From Obrimoposthia wandeli (Eukaryota), in assembly GCA_977020255.1 (NCBI GenBank), contig CDROCS010006203.1:124001-188000 (forward strand): a DNA stretch of 64,000 nt, read 5' to 3'. Below are positions 63,003-64,000 of the stretch, piece by piece (position 1 is the first letter of the stretch; the number at the start of each line of letters is the position of its first letter). A model generated the notes under the pieces. The model was not told the origin of the DNA and did not search any database. It was given only the letters and a program-made list of their open reading frames with translations. The translations under genes and the position numbers were made by a program.

Positions 63003-64000
63003 CTGCAACAACAAAATCTCTCCAATCGTGATTCTAAATTTATTTACTTCACCCAATGCTACATCTGGTGATTCTATGGTTTAATAATACAACCTATATT
63101 TAATAAGATTAAAAAACTTACTGAACCAGCTAATCAAACTATATATGGTAAATCATTGTCAATATTGCATACAAATATCGGAAATTAAAAAATAAACTAT
63201 TTTTCTGAAGAAATTTTTGAAACAATAAAAAGTAAAATAAAGAAAATTTTTTGCGTATTTGATGAAAATATGAATAAATTTTTAAAGTGTTAAAAACGTA
63301 ATAGTCATATTAAAAAGATTTATCGAATAAGAAAATATCTAACCACCGAGATAAGTACAATGCTAACGCATGGAATTTTTACATAGAACTAGATTTTAAT
63401 TTTTTTCTGATTAATATCCCAAACTTTTTATTTAAATTGTTTGCAAAAATTTAAACGAAAGCATTAAAATTTAATTCAAATTAAAGAAAGGCTATAGTAC
63501 AAGTGAACATTTAATGAAGCTGAACTGGCTACCAATCAATACGAGATTAGAATTCAGGATCCTTTTGATTACCAAAAATTCATTCTCTCACGAAACTTAT
63601 ATGATCTTCTCGAGCCTGGTGTAATGAACATGTATATGCATCTTTGGAGCAACGATAATGACTGGAGATCAATAATGAAATGATCAAATAACAAACAGAG
63701 TGATGGAATATTTGAAATTTATGTTCTGAACAATCTAATGATGAATATAGAAATCTGTAACAATGTTAATAAATTCAAGAAACAACCGAAGACTTCATTA
63801 TTCAGAAAATATTACGAATAATAAAAGAAAACAGGAAGAGGTTTTGAGAAATAATTCATAATTTAATTAATTACAAATTTTATATGAAATAGATTATAGT
63901 TATTATGAAATAAACAGGGACGGAGGAAAAATAGTTTGTATGAAAATTTATATTTTGGGCAAAAAATATTTTAATAATGGTAATACGATAAACGAATACA

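Overview
AT-rich eukaryotic (invertebrate-like) genomic DNA. One host gene, a phospholipase C epsilon (PLCE1-like: RasGEF, PH, EF-hand region, start of the PI-PLC X box), runs on the minus strand across the whole window in at least 11 GC-richer exons and continues past both edges. Its introns are full of decayed transposons: mariner, Tc1, pogo, hAT/Buster, piggyBac, a Chapaev-like piece, a deleted gypsy LTR element, and minisatellites. The main feature is a complete 15,105-bp Polinton/Maverick (13659-28763) with a 6-bp TSD (CCCAAC), AG...CT ends and ~530-560-bp TIRs, sitting in one intron. It carries the canonical module: protein-primed PolB, integrase, packaging ATPase, major and minor capsid proteins, and an adenain-type protease. 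It also has unusual cargo and signals: (1) a spliced two-repeat TATA-binding-protein-like gene; (2) a TATAAACA motif at nearly every gene junction; (3) a BIR-RING IAP; (4) a spliced protein with an internal ubiquitin-like domain ending LRGG; (5) four 36-51-nt spliceosomal introns; (6) 76-bp hairpins at both termini; (7) an internal copy of a TIR segment. Best candidate for an undescribed system: an element-encoded TBP plus its own non-canonical TATA box, i.e. a self-contained transcription switch. All assignments are by eye from motifs; no database searches were run.
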